64,000 bases of DNA, taken from the NCBI GenBank assembly GCA_025352085.1, contig JANXUA010000129.1, positions 1,507-65,506 on the forward strand. The letters run 5' to 3'. The position numbers were made by a program, and so were the translations under genes. The DNA is from Caulobacteraceae bacterium (GTDB taxonomy: Bacteria; Pseudomonadota; Alphaproteobacteria; Caulobacterales; Caulobacteraceae). The notes below the pieces were generated by a model, which did no database searches, was not told where the DNA came from, and was given only the letters and a program-made list of their open reading frames with translations. This document shows, piece after piece, positions 18,893 through 28,957 of this stretch (the stretch's first letter is position 1; the number at the start of each line of letters is the position of its first letter).

Positions 18893-20779
18893 ATGAACAG
18901 TATCGTTGTCATCGTCGGGGTGATCGTCACCCTCGTCACCGGAATCCCCGTCGCCCTGCAGCTGTTGCGCGACCATCCGCGCGGCCTGTTCGTGCTGTTC
19001 TTCGCCGAAATGTGGGAACGGTTTTCCTACTACGGCATGCGCGGCCTGCTGGTGTTCTATCTGACCCAGCACTTCCTGTTCAGCGATACCGTCGCGACCG
19101 GGCAATACGGCTCCTACGCCACCTTGGTCTATCTGGTACCCCTGGTGGGCGGGGTGTTGGCGGACCGCTATCTGGGCGCGCGCAAGGCCGTGGCCTTCGG
19201 GGCCCTGTTGCTGGTCGCCGGACATATGACCATGGCCATCGAGGGCCCGCCGGCGCAGGAGACGCTGATCTATCAAAGCGCGCGCTATGATATCGCCGTC
19301 ACCGGTCGCGGTGATGAGCGCGCGGCCAAGCTGGTCATCGCCGGCCACGGCTACGATTTCGACCAGAGCGCCGCCGGCGCGTTCGAGGTCAAGGGCCTGC
19401 CGCCGGGCGCGCCCTTGCCGGGCGTTCTCGCCAAGGGTTCGTTCAGTCTGGATACGCACGACCGCAACCCGTTCTTCGTCAACACCCTCTATCTCGCCCT
19501 GGCTTTGATCATCATGGGCGTGGGATTTTTGAAATCCAACATCTCCGCCATCGTCGGCCAACTCTACACCCAGGGCGATCCCCGGCGAGATCCGGGCTTC
19601 ACCCTGTTCTACTACGGGGTCAATCTGGGAGCGTTCTGGGCGGCGATCCTGTGCGGCTATCTGGGCCAGAACCTTGGCTGGCGCTACGGCTTTGGCCTCG
19701 CCGGCGTCGGCATGCTGGCCGGCTATGTCACCTTCATGCTCGGCAAACCGCTGCTGCAGGGCAAGGGCGAACCGCCCGATCCGGCCCGCCTCGCCAAACC
19801 CCTGGTGGGTCCGATCAATCTGGAATGGCTGATCTATCTGGGCGGTTTCGGCGGCCTGGCGCTGATCTGGCTGCTGATCCAGCACAACAAGATCGTCGGC
19901 CTCCTGCTGACGCTCGGCACGGTCGTCGCCCTTGGCTATGTGGCGTATTTCATGGTCACCAAATGCAGCCGGGTGGAACGTGATCGCCTGTTTCTGGCGT
20001 TTGTGCTGATCACGGGCTCGATGGCCTTCTTCGCCCTGTTCGAACAGGCGGCGACCTCGCTCAATCTGTTCGCCGAGCGCAACACCGATCTGGTTCTCAC
20101 CCGCGCGCCGCTCACCTTCGATTTGTTTGGGCGCCAGGTGTTTCTTGGGACAAGGGCCATGCTCGCCGCGACGCCCGACGCGCACGGCGCCCTGTGGATC
20201 GACACCGGCTTCAACGCCGCCCAGACCCAGTCGTTCAACGCCGGCTTCATTCTGATCTTCGCGCCGGTATTCGCGGCCCTGTGGTCGTGGCTGGGGCGGC
20301 GTGGCCGCGATCCCAATCCGGTCACCAAGTTCGGCCTCGGCCTCGCCCAGGTGGGCTTAGGCTTTCTGGTCATCGTCTGGAGCCAGGGGAGCGCCGATGC
20401 GCACTTTCGTCTGCCGCTGCTGGTGCTCGGCTTCACCTATCTGCTGCACACCACCGGCGAACTTTGCCTGAGCCCGGTCGGTATTTCGGAAATGACCAAG
20501 CTGGCGCCGCCGGTGCTGATTTCAACCCTGATGGCCCTATGGTTCACCGGTATTTCGTGGGGGCAGTTTATCGGGGCGAAGATCGCCAGACTGGCCGGCA
20601 CCGACACCGTCGGCGGTCAGGTGCTCGATCCGGCCGCCGCCCTGCACACCTCGCTGCATGTGTTCAGCATGATCGGCTGGAGCGGCGTCGGCATCGGCGC
20701 GGCCTTCCTCGCCCTGGCGCCCTTCATCAAAAAATGGGGCCATGGCGTGAATGACGCGGCCAACCATCCCGCCGCATGA
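18893..20779 (+). CDS. POT/PTR family oligopeptide:H+ symporter
   Basis: EMWERFSYYGMR (ExxERFxYY), FTLFYYGVNLG, GELCLSPVG. Confidence 0.95.
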   Translation: MNSIVVIVGVIVTLVTGIPVALQLLRDHPRGLFVLFFAEMWERFSYYGMRGLLVFYLTQHFLFSDTVATGQYGSYATLVYLVPLVGGVLADRYLGARKAVAFGALLLVAGHMTMAIEGPPAQETLIYQSARYDIAVTGRGDERAAKLVIAGHGYDFDQSAAGAFEVKGLPPGAPLPGVLAKGSFSLDTHDRNPFFVNTLYLALALIIMGVGFLKSNISAIVGQLYTQGDPRRDPGFTLFYYGVNLGAFWAAILCGYLGQNLGWRYGFGLAGVGMLAGYVTFMLGKPLLQGKGEPPDPARLAKPLVGPINLEWLIYLGGFGGLALIWLLIQHNKIVGLLLTLGTVVALGYVAYFMVTKCSRVERDRLFLAFVLITGSMAFFALFEQAATSLNLFAERNTDLVLTRAPLTFDLFGRQVFLGTRAMLAATPDAHGALWIDTGFNAAQTQSFNAGFILIFAPVFAALWSWLGRRGRDPNPVTKFGLGLAQVGLGFLVIVWSQGSADAHFRLPLLVLGFTYLLHTTGELCLSPVGISEMTKLAPPVLISTLMALWFTGISWGQFIGAKIARLAGTDTVGGQVLDPAAALHTSLHVFSMIGWSGVGIGAAFLALAPFIKKWGHGVNDAANHPAA

Positions 20780-20828
20780 TCGCCATCGCGGCTTGCCGGT
20801 GGTATCGAGGAGCGACAGGGAGACGAGA

Positions 20829-23003
20829 ATGCTGACCTTGAAGAACGCCCTAGTTGCCGCCGTCGTGACGGCGTTAGCCCTCCAGTCGGCGGCGGCGCAA
20901 AGCACCAACGACAACACCTACGCTCGCCAGCCGCAGCAGCAGCCACCCGCGGGGCGGGGCAATCCGAACGGCGGCGGCTCCGGCGACACCTTCGGCGGTG
21001 GCGGCGTCGATGCGCTGGGCGCGCTCGGCCTTGGACTGGCCCTGTTCCACGCCGCCCGCGCCGCCCATCCCTCGCCGACGCGAGCGCCCGTGTATCAACT
21101 GGTTCCGCCTGGTCCGCCCGACGTGCAGATCCAGCGCCTGTCCCAGGCCTTCAGTCTTCCGGCGGACGCCCTGCATGTGGAAAACGGCGGGATCGGGTTC
21201 GTCGATACGAACGCCTATCTGGCGGTCCCGCACAAGCCGATCGGCGATGCGCGCCTCGATGCGATCGATTTTGACGCCGTCAGCCGGCTGCGGACGCTCG
21301 ATCCGGCCCAGGCGGAGCGCATGGCGCGCGCCGGGTTCGCGGCGGCGGGATATGTTCTGGACGGCGTCAAGCCGCTCGTCAGCCACAACACGCTGAGCGC
21401 AGTCTACGATGACGGCGCCGGACGACCCATCCAGATCACCCGCGACCTGGACACCCGGGTCGCCTTCACCTTCACCGCCGGCGGAATTCCGATCATCGGC
21501 CCAGGCGCCCAGTTGGAAGTGACGTTTGGTCCCAGCGGCGCCGTCACCCACCTGCGCGCGGCGGGCGGAACACCCCGAGCCGGCGGCCAGGTCAACGTCG
21601 TCCCCGAAAACGCCGCGCGCGATCGGTCGCCGCACATCGCCGCGCCGGGCGCCCAAAACAGCTTGAGGCTGGTCTATTGGGCGGCGACCGCGCTGGCGGG
21701 CGAGGCCGGCGCGTCGAGTGGGCCACGCCCGCTCATACCCTGGTACGCCGTTAGCCAGACGACGCCGCTCACCGGCCCATCACGAGGGGCGAGCGCGGCG
21801 GTCACGGCGAAGGTGACCCTGATTCCCGCCACCGACGACACCCGCTACGTTCCCACGGCCAAACTTCAGGTGTCCGGCGCCGGCACGTCACAAGTCGCCG
21901 CCGTCGTAACGGTGACAGGCGGGCGGGCGCCCTACAGCTATCACTGGAGCGGATCGAGCCCCGAACTGACCGCCGAGACCGGCGACGCGGTTCAATACGC
22001 CCCGCTGGCGTCGCCACTTGATCATTCGGCGACGGCGGGAGGGACCACGCCGCGGGTGGAGACCATCGGCGTCACGGTGACTGACGCCAACGGCGTCTCG
22101 GTCGTCGCCCAGGCCAGTTTGAAAGTCCTGGCGCTATTGGCCGCCGGGCGCGGCGACGCCGCCGCCGCCGCCGCGCCTGACAAACCGACCTACGCCGTTC
22201 AGAGTCCGCGCGAGCCCACCTTCGCTGTCGACCGCCTGGCCTGGCAAAAGGCCATGGCCGCGCCGGGCGCCGGCGGCGGCGTCCAGGCCTATGAGCGATT
22301 GGGCGCCGAGTCCTGGCCCGGCGACTTCATCGCGCCGTCGCCACGCGGAACGACCCCGGACGCGCCGTGGATCAACGGCGACGCCGACACGCGCGGGATC
22401 AACACCGCCGCCATGGTGCTCAACAACACCGACGGTTTCGCCGACGGCTTCGCGGCGGCCGAGCCGAACGCGAAAGCCGACGCCTACGCAACCGCGCAGG
22501 TGCGTGCGCCGTCCGCCGCCCAGACGGTGCTGGCCGGCCTGGTCAACTATCACGATGCCCCGGGCGCGCATTCCTACGCGGTGGACCTCGGCGGCTCCTG
22601 GGGCGGCCCGAACAGTCGACTGCTGTGGCTGCTGATGGACGCCTGCGACACCCTCGACGCGGTCGACGGCGCCGGACTGACCCCGGCCCAGCGCTGGGGC
22701 AAGGCGTTTGGCGGCCTGCACATGATGACCGGCTGGGCGTCGCCGGAATCGGTCGGCGACGGTAGTTTCGAGCGGATATTCGTCGAGAACATGCTGGGCG
22801 CGCACGGGGCACCGCAGACGGTGTTCCAGGCCTGGTTCAACGCCGCCGTCACCGTCGGTCCCGAACACGGCCTCGCCGCCGCCATGGGCCCGATCGGCCC
22901 CGGCGGCGTGGACGATAAGGGCGATTACTACCTCGGCAAGGGACGCCAGGGGCCGACGATTCTACCGGCCGACATCAAGGGCTTCTGGTACATTCACCAA
23001 TAG
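20829..23003 (+). CDS. Secreted multidomain protein with C-terminal DUF6345-like domain
   Basis: Signal peptide; Ig-like VTVTGG.APYSY.WS / VTVTDANG; C-terminal LLWLLMDACD..WG.AFGGLHMMTGW..WFNAA. Confidence 0.65.
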   Translation: MLTLKNALVAAVVTALALQSAAAQSTNDNTYARQPQQQPPAGRGNPNGGGSGDTFGGGGVDALGALGLGLALFHAARAAHPSPTRAPVYQLVPPGPPDVQIQRLSQAFSLPADALHVENGGIGFVDTNAYLAVPHKPIGDARLDAIDFDAVSRLRTLDPAQAERMARAGFAAAGYVLDGVKPLVSHNTLSAVYDDGAGRPIQITRDLDTRVAFTFTAGGIPIIGPGAQLEVTFGPSGAVTHLRAAGGTPRAGGQVNVVPENAARDRSPHIAAPGAQNSLRLVYWAATALAGEAGASSGPRPLIPWYAVSQTTPLTGPSRGASAAVTAKVTLIPATDDTRYVPTAKLQVSGAGTSQVAAVVTVTGGRAPYSYHWSGSSPELTAETGDAVQYAPLASPLDHSATAGGTTPRVETIGVTVTDANGVSVVAQASLKVLALLAAGRGDAAAAAAPDKPTYAVQSPREPTFAVDRLAWQKAMAAPGAGGGVQAYERLGAESWPGDFIAPSPRGTTPDAPWINGDADTRGINTAAMVLNNTDGFADGFAAAEPNAKADAYATAQVRAPSAAQTVLAGLVNYHDAPGAHSYAVDLGGSWGGPNSRLLWLLMDACDTLDAVDGAGLTPAQRWGKAFGGLHMMTGWASPESVGDGSFERIFVENMLGAHGAPQTVFQAWFNAAVTVGPEHGLAAAMGPIGPGGVDDKGDYYLGKGRQGPTILPADIKGFWYIHQ

Positions 23004-23004
23004 C

Positions 23005-24999
23005 TCAGCCAAAAGATTTTCGGATCCGCGCGTAGAGCCCGCGTCCGGTGTGCAGATTGCGGATATCGGTCAACGCCAGACCATTGGTGTTGCGCGGGCC
23101 CGGACAAATCTGCCGCGTGTGCTCGAAGCCCCGGCCAGATGCGTTTTCCACCATGAGACGGATGGCAAGGTCGGCGCGCGGTTTATACTCTCCGTAAATG
23201 GACACATAGGTTTTCAGCTTGTCGGTGTCGATCTCATCGAAGCGGTAATAGGTCTGGCGCCATTGGTCGAACACGTCCACGCCCCAGGTCATCTTCAACT
23301 TGGGCACGCCTTGCGTGAAATGCGCCTCTGCGCTCACCGGCTGCAGGCCGGATATCTCGCGTTTCAGGCCCGTCGTCGGATCGGTCACGCTGGACCAGCG
23401 CCAGGTCGCCTGGCCGGTCAGTTGGCCGCGCCGGACGCCGAGTTTATCGGTCGGCAGGGTAAGGGCGAAGGCGACTTCGTCCTTGCGGCCGCCGCCGATA
23501 TTGCCGGGCGCGTCAAACACCCCGCTCGAACTATAGACCGGCGCGCGGTCGATGACGTCGGTCAGAACGTAGTGGCGCAGGGTGACCGTCGCGTCGGCGT
23601 CGCCGAGAAATTTGCGCTCGTAGGCGGCCTCGAACACCCAGTCCCTTTGCGGGGTCAGATTGGGATTACCCGCTTGCACCGCACCGTTGGCGAGGGTGGC
23701 CTGACCGGCGGCGAAATCGTCGAAATTCAGTTGACCAACCTCACGCTCGACGCGCAAGCGGATCTGGTCCTTCGGATCCGGCGACCAAGTGGCTACGACG
23801 CGCGGCTTGGGAAAGGCTAGGGTCCGTCTGCTCACGACGTCGCCCGTGGCGGCGATCCTCGAGGCCTCGACGCGGAGGCCGCTCTCCAGCGTAAATTTGG
23901 GCGTCATCCGCCAGGTCGCCGTGGCGTAGCCCTCGGCGCGCGCCTCGCTGACTCGCACATTCGCCGCCGGCACGGTCACGGACGCCGCGTTCACCACATA
24001 GACGGTGCGGTCCTTGAGCCAGTTGAAATCGCCCTCGACGCCGGCCTCGAGCGACAGCGACGTCGACGGGCTGGCCTTGAGCGTGATCCTGGCGATGCTT
24101 TCACCGGTCTTCTTGTCCAGGTTGAAGTGCTCGATATCGCCCGGCGCGGCGAAATCGCTGGTGTAATAGCTGGCGCCCACCTGCTGCAGGAGCACGGTCT
24201 CAAGGCTGGCCTTGGCGCCGAGCGAGTGATTGTAATCGAGGCCGATTTCGGCGGTCTTCTGGTTCTGACGATCATTCTCGACCCGCTCCCCGCCGGGAAC
24301 CAGATGGTCGTCCTGCAGATAGTCGTAAGGATTGCTGGAGAGCGAGCCGTGCGCCCGCAGTTTGCCGCCCAGAACCGGGCGCTCGACCGCCAGCGTGGCT
24401 TTGTAGACACCGGCGGCGCCCGCCGAATGTTCCGGCCCGGTCTCAATCAGCGCGCCCGAGCCGTCGTGTTGAATGCGGGTCCCGTTGCCCGCCCCGTCGT
24501 CTATGCTCTTGCCCACACGAAACGAGGCTTCGACATCGGTGACGCCAATGCGTCTGGAACCTTCGATGCGAAGGGCGGGGTCCAGGCGGCCATCGTACCA
24601 GCGATCGATCGCCACCGCGACCAACGCCGTGGCCTTGCGGTCCTTGCGGCGCACAACGTTGGCCAGGACGGTCTTGCCCTGCATGTCGACGCCCGGCGCG
24701 CCGCCACGGATCAGCTCGATCCGAAGCACCGACGACGCCGGAATCCGCTTGAGCGTTTCGTCGAGCGTATCGTCCTTGGCCGCCGGCCTGCCGCCGTCGA
24801 TCAGGACATTGCCGGCCGCGCCGCCAAAGCCGCGCACGCCGGCGCCGGTGTCGAGGGTGAACCCCGGCACATGCCCGACCATGTCCAGCGCGGTGTTGGG
24901 TTGATAGCTGGCGAAGAAGGCCGCCGGATAGATGGTCACCGGACTGGTCGCCGGCGCCGCGGCGACAACGAAGGCGCCTGTAACGGTTCCGAAGCTCAA
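23005..24999 (-). CDS. TonB-dependent receptor (paralog 2); start uncertain (TTG)
   Basis: Plug PNTALDMV..VPGF, NVLIDGGRP, IELIRGGAPG; AGNPNLTPQ; beta-strand C-terminus RIRKSFG. Confidence 0.88.
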   Translation of the reverse strand: MSFGTVTGAFVVAAAPATSPVTIYPAAFFASYQPNTALDMVGHVPGFTLDTGAGVRGFGGAAGNVLIDGGRPAAKDDTLDETLKRIPASSVLRIELIRGGAPGVDMQGKTVLANVVRRKDRKATALVAVAIDRWYDGRLDPALRIEGSRRIGVTDVEASFRVGKSIDDGAGNGTRIQHDGSGALIETGPEHSAGAAGVYKATLAVERPVLGGKLRAHGSLSSNPYDYLQDDHLVPGGERVENDRQNQKTAEIGLDYNHSLGAKASLETVLLQQVGASYYTSDFAAPGDIEHFNLDKKTGESIARITLKASPSTSLSLEAGVEGDFNWLKDRTVYVVNAASVTVPAANVRVSEARAEGYATATWRMTPKFTLESGLRVEASRIAATGDVVSRRTLAFPKPRVVATWSPDPKDQIRLRVEREVGQLNFDDFAAGQATLANGAVQAGNPNLTPQRDWVFEAAYERKFLGDADATVTLRHYVLTDVIDRAPVYSSSGVFDAPGNIGGGRKDEVAFALTLPTDKLGVRRGQLTGQATWRWSSVTDPTTGLKREISGLQPVSAEAHFTQGVPKLKMTWGVDVFDQWRQTYYRFDEIDTDKLKTYVSIYGEYKPRADLAIRLMVENASGRGFEHTRQICPGPRNTNGLALTDIRNLHTGRGLYARIRKSFG

Positions 25000-25082
25000 G
25001 ATCGCGGCCCCCCGGTTGGATGCCGGCAGGCTCGCAGGCGCCTCGGCGGCGCGCCAGTTAATTCGCGGTAACCGGAACCTGC

Positions 25083-27155
25083 TCAGCCAAAGGTCTTGCG
25101 TATCCGAAGATATATCCCGCGGCCCGTGTGCAGGTTGCGGATGTCGGTCATCGGCGGCGCGGCCGTGTTGCGCGGCGACCCGTAAATCTGTCGCGCATGG
25201 CTGTAGCCGCGCCCACTGGCGTTTTCCAGTTCGACCCGAAACGACAGGTCCGGACGTGGCTTGAAGTCAGCGAACATCGAGACATAGACCTTTTTCTTGT
25301 CGGTATCGATTTCGTTGAACCGGTAATAGGTCTCCCGCCATTGGTCGTAGACATCCACTCCCCAGGTTGTCTTCAACCTGGGCAGACCTTGCGTGAAATG
25401 AATTTCGACATCGGCGGGATGCAGGCCGGAAATCGGCCGCCGCAGCCCCGTGGTCGGATCGGTGACACTCGACCAGCGCCAGGTGGCGGCGCCGGTGATC
25501 AGGCCGCGCGGAATGAACAGCCTGTCGGTCGGGAGCGACAGGGCGAAGGCGACTTCGTCCTTGTGGCCGCCGCCGATGTTGCCGGGCGCGTCAAACACGC
25601 CGCTGGAACTATAGACCGGGGCTCGATCGATGACGTCGGTCAGCGCATAGTGACGCAAGGTCAGGGTCGCGTCGGCCGCGCCCCATAATTTCCGCTCAAA
25701 GGCGCCTTCGAACACCCAGTCCTTTTGCGGCGTCAGATTGGGGTTGCCGGCGCGAACGGCGCTGTTGGCCAAAGCGGCCTGCCCGGCGGCGAAGTCGTCA
25801 AAATTCAGCTGACCCACTTCACGTTCGACTCTGAGCCGAATCTGATCGGCGGCGTCGGGCGTCCATGTGACCACGATGCGGGGCTTGGGATAGACGAAGG
25901 TTCGACGGCTTGTCACGTCGCCCGTCGCGGCGATCCTTGAGGCCTCGACGCGCAGGCCCGCCTCGATCGCCGTCGTCGGCTCCGGGCGCCATGTCGCCGA
26001 GACGAAGCCCTCGCCACGTGTCTCGGTCACCCGCACGTTGGCGGCGGGCACGACAACCGGCGCGCCGTTGACACTATAGGCGGTGCGATCCTTAAGCCAA
26101 TTGTAGTCCCCCTCAGCTCCGGCCTGCAGGGAAAGAGACGTGGCCGGGTCAAACTTGACCGTCGTTCGACCGATGGTCTCGCTGGTGCTCTTGGCCAGGT
26201 TGAAGTGTTGGACGTCGCCGACCTCGCTGAAATCGTCGGTCTGTTTGTAGCGGCCAAATTGCTGCAGCAGAACCGTCTCGACGCTGGCCTTCGCCCCCAG
26301 ACCGTGATCGTAGTGCAGCCCGATCTCGGCGGTCTTCTTATTTTGGTCGTAGAGGTCGGTGACATCGGGCCCCGGCAAAGTCTGCGGACGATCGACCTGC
26401 CGCAGGCGATAGGGGCTGCTGGTCAAGGATGCATTCAAACGCACCTTGCCGCCAAGGAGCGGCGTTTCAACCGCGCCGGTCGCCTTATACAGGTAGGTGT
26501 CCCCGGCGTTGTGCTCGGCGTAGGTCTGGGTGACCGCGCCGGTGGCGCTGCGCAGAATGCGCACGCCATTGCCCGCCGCGTCGTCGATCCCCCGATCCAG
26601 CAGCAGGGAGCCTTCGACGCGCGTCTCGCCGACCGCCCTTGAAATCTCCACGCGCAAATCCCGACCGGTGCGTCCGTCGTACCAACGCGTGCCGGACACG
26701 TCGACACTCAGTTTCAGGCCGCCGTCAGGCCGTCGCACGATATTGGCCAGAACCGTCTTGCCCTGCATGTCGACGCCTGGCGCGCCGCCGCGAATGAGTT
26801 CGATCCTGATGACCGACGCGGCCGGAATGCGCCGAAGAACCTCGTCGAGGGAGTCGTCCTTCGAGGTCGGTCGTTCACCGTCAATAAGCACATTGCCCGC
26901 GGCCCCGCCAAAACCGCGCACGCTCGCGCCGGTGTCCAGCGTGAAACCCGGCAACCGGAAGATCATGTCCAGCGCCGTATTGGGTTGGAAGGGGGCGAAA
27001 AACACCGCGGGATAACCCGCAACAGCCTGCGGGCTCGCCGCCACGGCGGCGGGCGCGGTGGCGGCGAGGACTCCTGCGACGGCAATCCCGATACTCAAAT
27101 TTTGCACTAAACCCCGAGCGTCGATGGTTGAAGTCGAATTTCTCGACCGCTCCAT
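25083..27155 (-). CDS. TonB-dependent receptor (paralog 1)
   Basis: Signal peptide; the same plug motifs; C-terminus YLRIRKTFG. Confidence 0.92.
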   Translation of the reverse strand: MERSRNSTSTIDARGLVQNLSIGIAVAGVLAATAPAAVAASPQAVAGYPAVFFAPFQPNTALDMIFRLPGFTLDTGASVRGFGGAAGNVLIDGERPTSKDDSLDEVLRRIPAASVIRIELIRGGAPGVDMQGKTVLANIVRRPDGGLKLSVDVSGTRWYDGRTGRDLRVEISRAVGETRVEGSLLLDRGIDDAAGNGVRILRSATGAVTQTYAEHNAGDTYLYKATGAVETPLLGGKVRLNASLTSSPYRLRQVDRPQTLPGPDVTDLYDQNKKTAEIGLHYDHGLGAKASVETVLLQQFGRYKQTDDFSEVGDVQHFNLAKSTSETIGRTTVKFDPATSLSLQAGAEGDYNWLKDRTAYSVNGAPVVVPAANVRVTETRGEGFVSATWRPEPTTAIEAGLRVEASRIAATGDVTSRRTFVYPKPRIVVTWTPDAADQIRLRVEREVGQLNFDDFAAGQAALANSAVRAGNPNLTPQKDWVFEGAFERKLWGAADATLTLRHYALTDVIDRAPVYSSSGVFDAPGNIGGGHKDEVAFALSLPTDRLFIPRGLITGAATWRWSSVTDPTTGLRRPISGLHPADVEIHFTQGLPRLKTTWGVDVYDQWRETYYRFNEIDTDKKKVYVSMFADFKPRPDLSFRVELENASGRGYSHARQIYGSPRNTAAPPMTDIRNLHTGRGIYLRIRKTFG

Positions 27156-27224
27156 CCTATTTATACGTCTCCGCATAAACTAACAGACGCGATATCGTCG
27201 CACCAGCCAGTATTGGGGAGGCAT

Positions 27225-28655
27225 TTAAACTCCCGTTCCGCCCACGGTAAGACCCGTGATCTTGAGCGACGGCTGGCCGACACCGACGGGAACAGACTGT
27301 CCGGCCTTGCCGCATACGCCGATGCCCGGATCGAAGGCGAAATCGTCGCCGATCATGGTCACGCGCGTGAGCGCGGACGGCCCGTCGCCGATCAGGGTGG
27401 CGCCCTTGACCGGCGCGGTGATTTTACCGTTCTCGATCAGATAGGCCTCGGTGCACTGAAAGACGAACTTTCCGTTGGTGATGTCGACCTGCCCGCCGCC
27501 AAAATTGGCGCAATACAGACCCCTTTTGGTCGAGGCGATCATCTCTTCGCGCTTGGCGGTTCCGTTGAGCATGCCGGTATTGGTCATCCGCGGCATGGGG
27601 ATATGGGCGTAGGATTGCCGCCGACCATTGCCGGTGGGCGCCATGCCCATCAGCCGCGCGCTCTGGCGATCCTGCATATAGCCGACAAGGATGCCGTCCT
27701 CGATAAGGACCGTGCGTTCGGTTGGCGTGCCTTCGTCATCCACGCTCAGGGACCCGCGGCGGCCCTCGATGGCGCCGTCGTCGAACACCGTCACGCCGGG
27801 CGCGGCCACCCGCTCGCCGAGACGGCCCGAAAAGGCCGAGGTCCCCTTGCGGTTGAAATCGCCCTCCAGACCGTGGCCCACCGCTTCGTGCAGCAGCACC
27901 CCGTTCCAGCCGGGGCCCAGGACCACGTCCATTTCACCGGCGGGACAATCAATCGACTCCAGGTTGACCAGGGCCTGGCGCAACGCCTCCTCGACCTGAT
28001 CGCGCCAACGTTCCGGGGTGATCCAGGCCTCGAATCCGGCCCGCCCGCCGGCGCCGGACGACCCGCTCTCGCGTCGGCCGGCCTTTTCCACGGTGATCTG
28101 CACGTTGAGCCTCGCCAGGGGCCGCACGTCGCGAATCAACGCCCCATCGGCGCGCAAGATCTCCACCACGCGCCGCTCCCCGGCCAGCGAGGCCATGACC
28201 TGGGCGACACGCGGGTCGCGCGCGCGGGCGAAAGCGTCGATTTCCTGCAACAGCGCGACCTTGTCTCCAAAGCCCGGCGACGCTAGGGGATCGTCGTCGC
28301 CATAAAGCTTGGCGTTGGTGGCGCGCGGCGCTGCGGCAACGACGCCGGCGTGGCCGCGTTTGGCCAGGGCCGCGGACGACGCCGCGCGCGCAATGGCGGC
28401 TTCGGAGATTTCACTGGCGTGGGCGTAACCGGCGGTCTCGCCCGCCACCACCCGCAGTCCAAATCCCTCGGTCGCGTCATAGCTGGCCGATTTGAGCCGG
28501 CCGTCGTCGAACAAGAAGGCCTCGCTCTCTGAACGTTCAGCGAAGATCTCGCCGTCGTCGGCGCCGCGCAGCGCTTCGCCCAGCAGGCGCGCCGCAGTCT
28601 CCCGGTCGACGCCGGACGCTTCGAGGATGGACGGCGCGGATACCGGAGCGTTCAT
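27225..28655 (-). CDS. tldD: Metalloprotease TldD
   Basis: GVLLHEAVGHGLEGDFNRKG, DDEG.P, MPRMTNT, CGKAGQSVPVG. Confidence 0.96.
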   Translation of the reverse strand: MNAPVSAPSILEASGVDRETAARLLGEALRGADDGEIFAERSESEAFLFDDGRLKSASYDATEGFGLRVVAGETAGYAHASEISEAAIARAASSAALAKRGHAGVVAAAPRATNAKLYGDDDPLASPGFGDKVALLQEIDAFARARDPRVAQVMASLAGERRVVEILRADGALIRDVRPLARLNVQITVEKAGRRESGSSGAGGRAGFEAWITPERWRDQVEEALRQALVNLESIDCPAGEMDVVLGPGWNGVLLHEAVGHGLEGDFNRKGTSAFSGRLGERVAAPGVTVFDDGAIEGRRGSLSVDDEGTPTERTVLIEDGILVGYMQDRQSARLMGMAPTGNGRRQSYAHIPMPRMTNTGMLNGTAKREEMIASTKRGLYCANFGGGQVDITNGKFVFQCTEAYLIENGKITAPVKGATLIGDGPSALTRVTMIGDDFAFDPGIGVCGKAGQSVPVGVGQPSLKITGLTVGGTGV

Positions 28656-28957
28656 AGGGTGACTTTCAAATTCGGGCAAAAATCGGGGGCCTGCGCCCTT
28701 AGATAGACGTCCGCTCCCGGCGGCGAAATGGCTAATGGTCGAGATTCCCTAAGCCAACCCCGCGATGACCGACGCAACCACCTTGGCAATCTGGCGCGAT
28801 CCGCGTATGCACCCCACCAAGGAAAGGCCGGGTGCGAAGCTAGGCTCGCCGTAGGCGGCTCAAATCGTTCGCCCTTTTCGAGTTTTTTGCGTCGGCAATG
28901 CGCGGCCTCGGCTTTCCCGTTGGTTCCGTCACGCCGGTTGAACGGGCTGAGAGGAAC

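Noticed and set aside
17789-20185. 798-aa minus-strand ORF and many similar long antisense ORFs (e.g. 14128-15747, 30397-31629, 50635-52008)
   Set aside because: Shadow frames of well-supported genes in GC-rich DNA; Arg/Gly/Ala-rich with no motifs.
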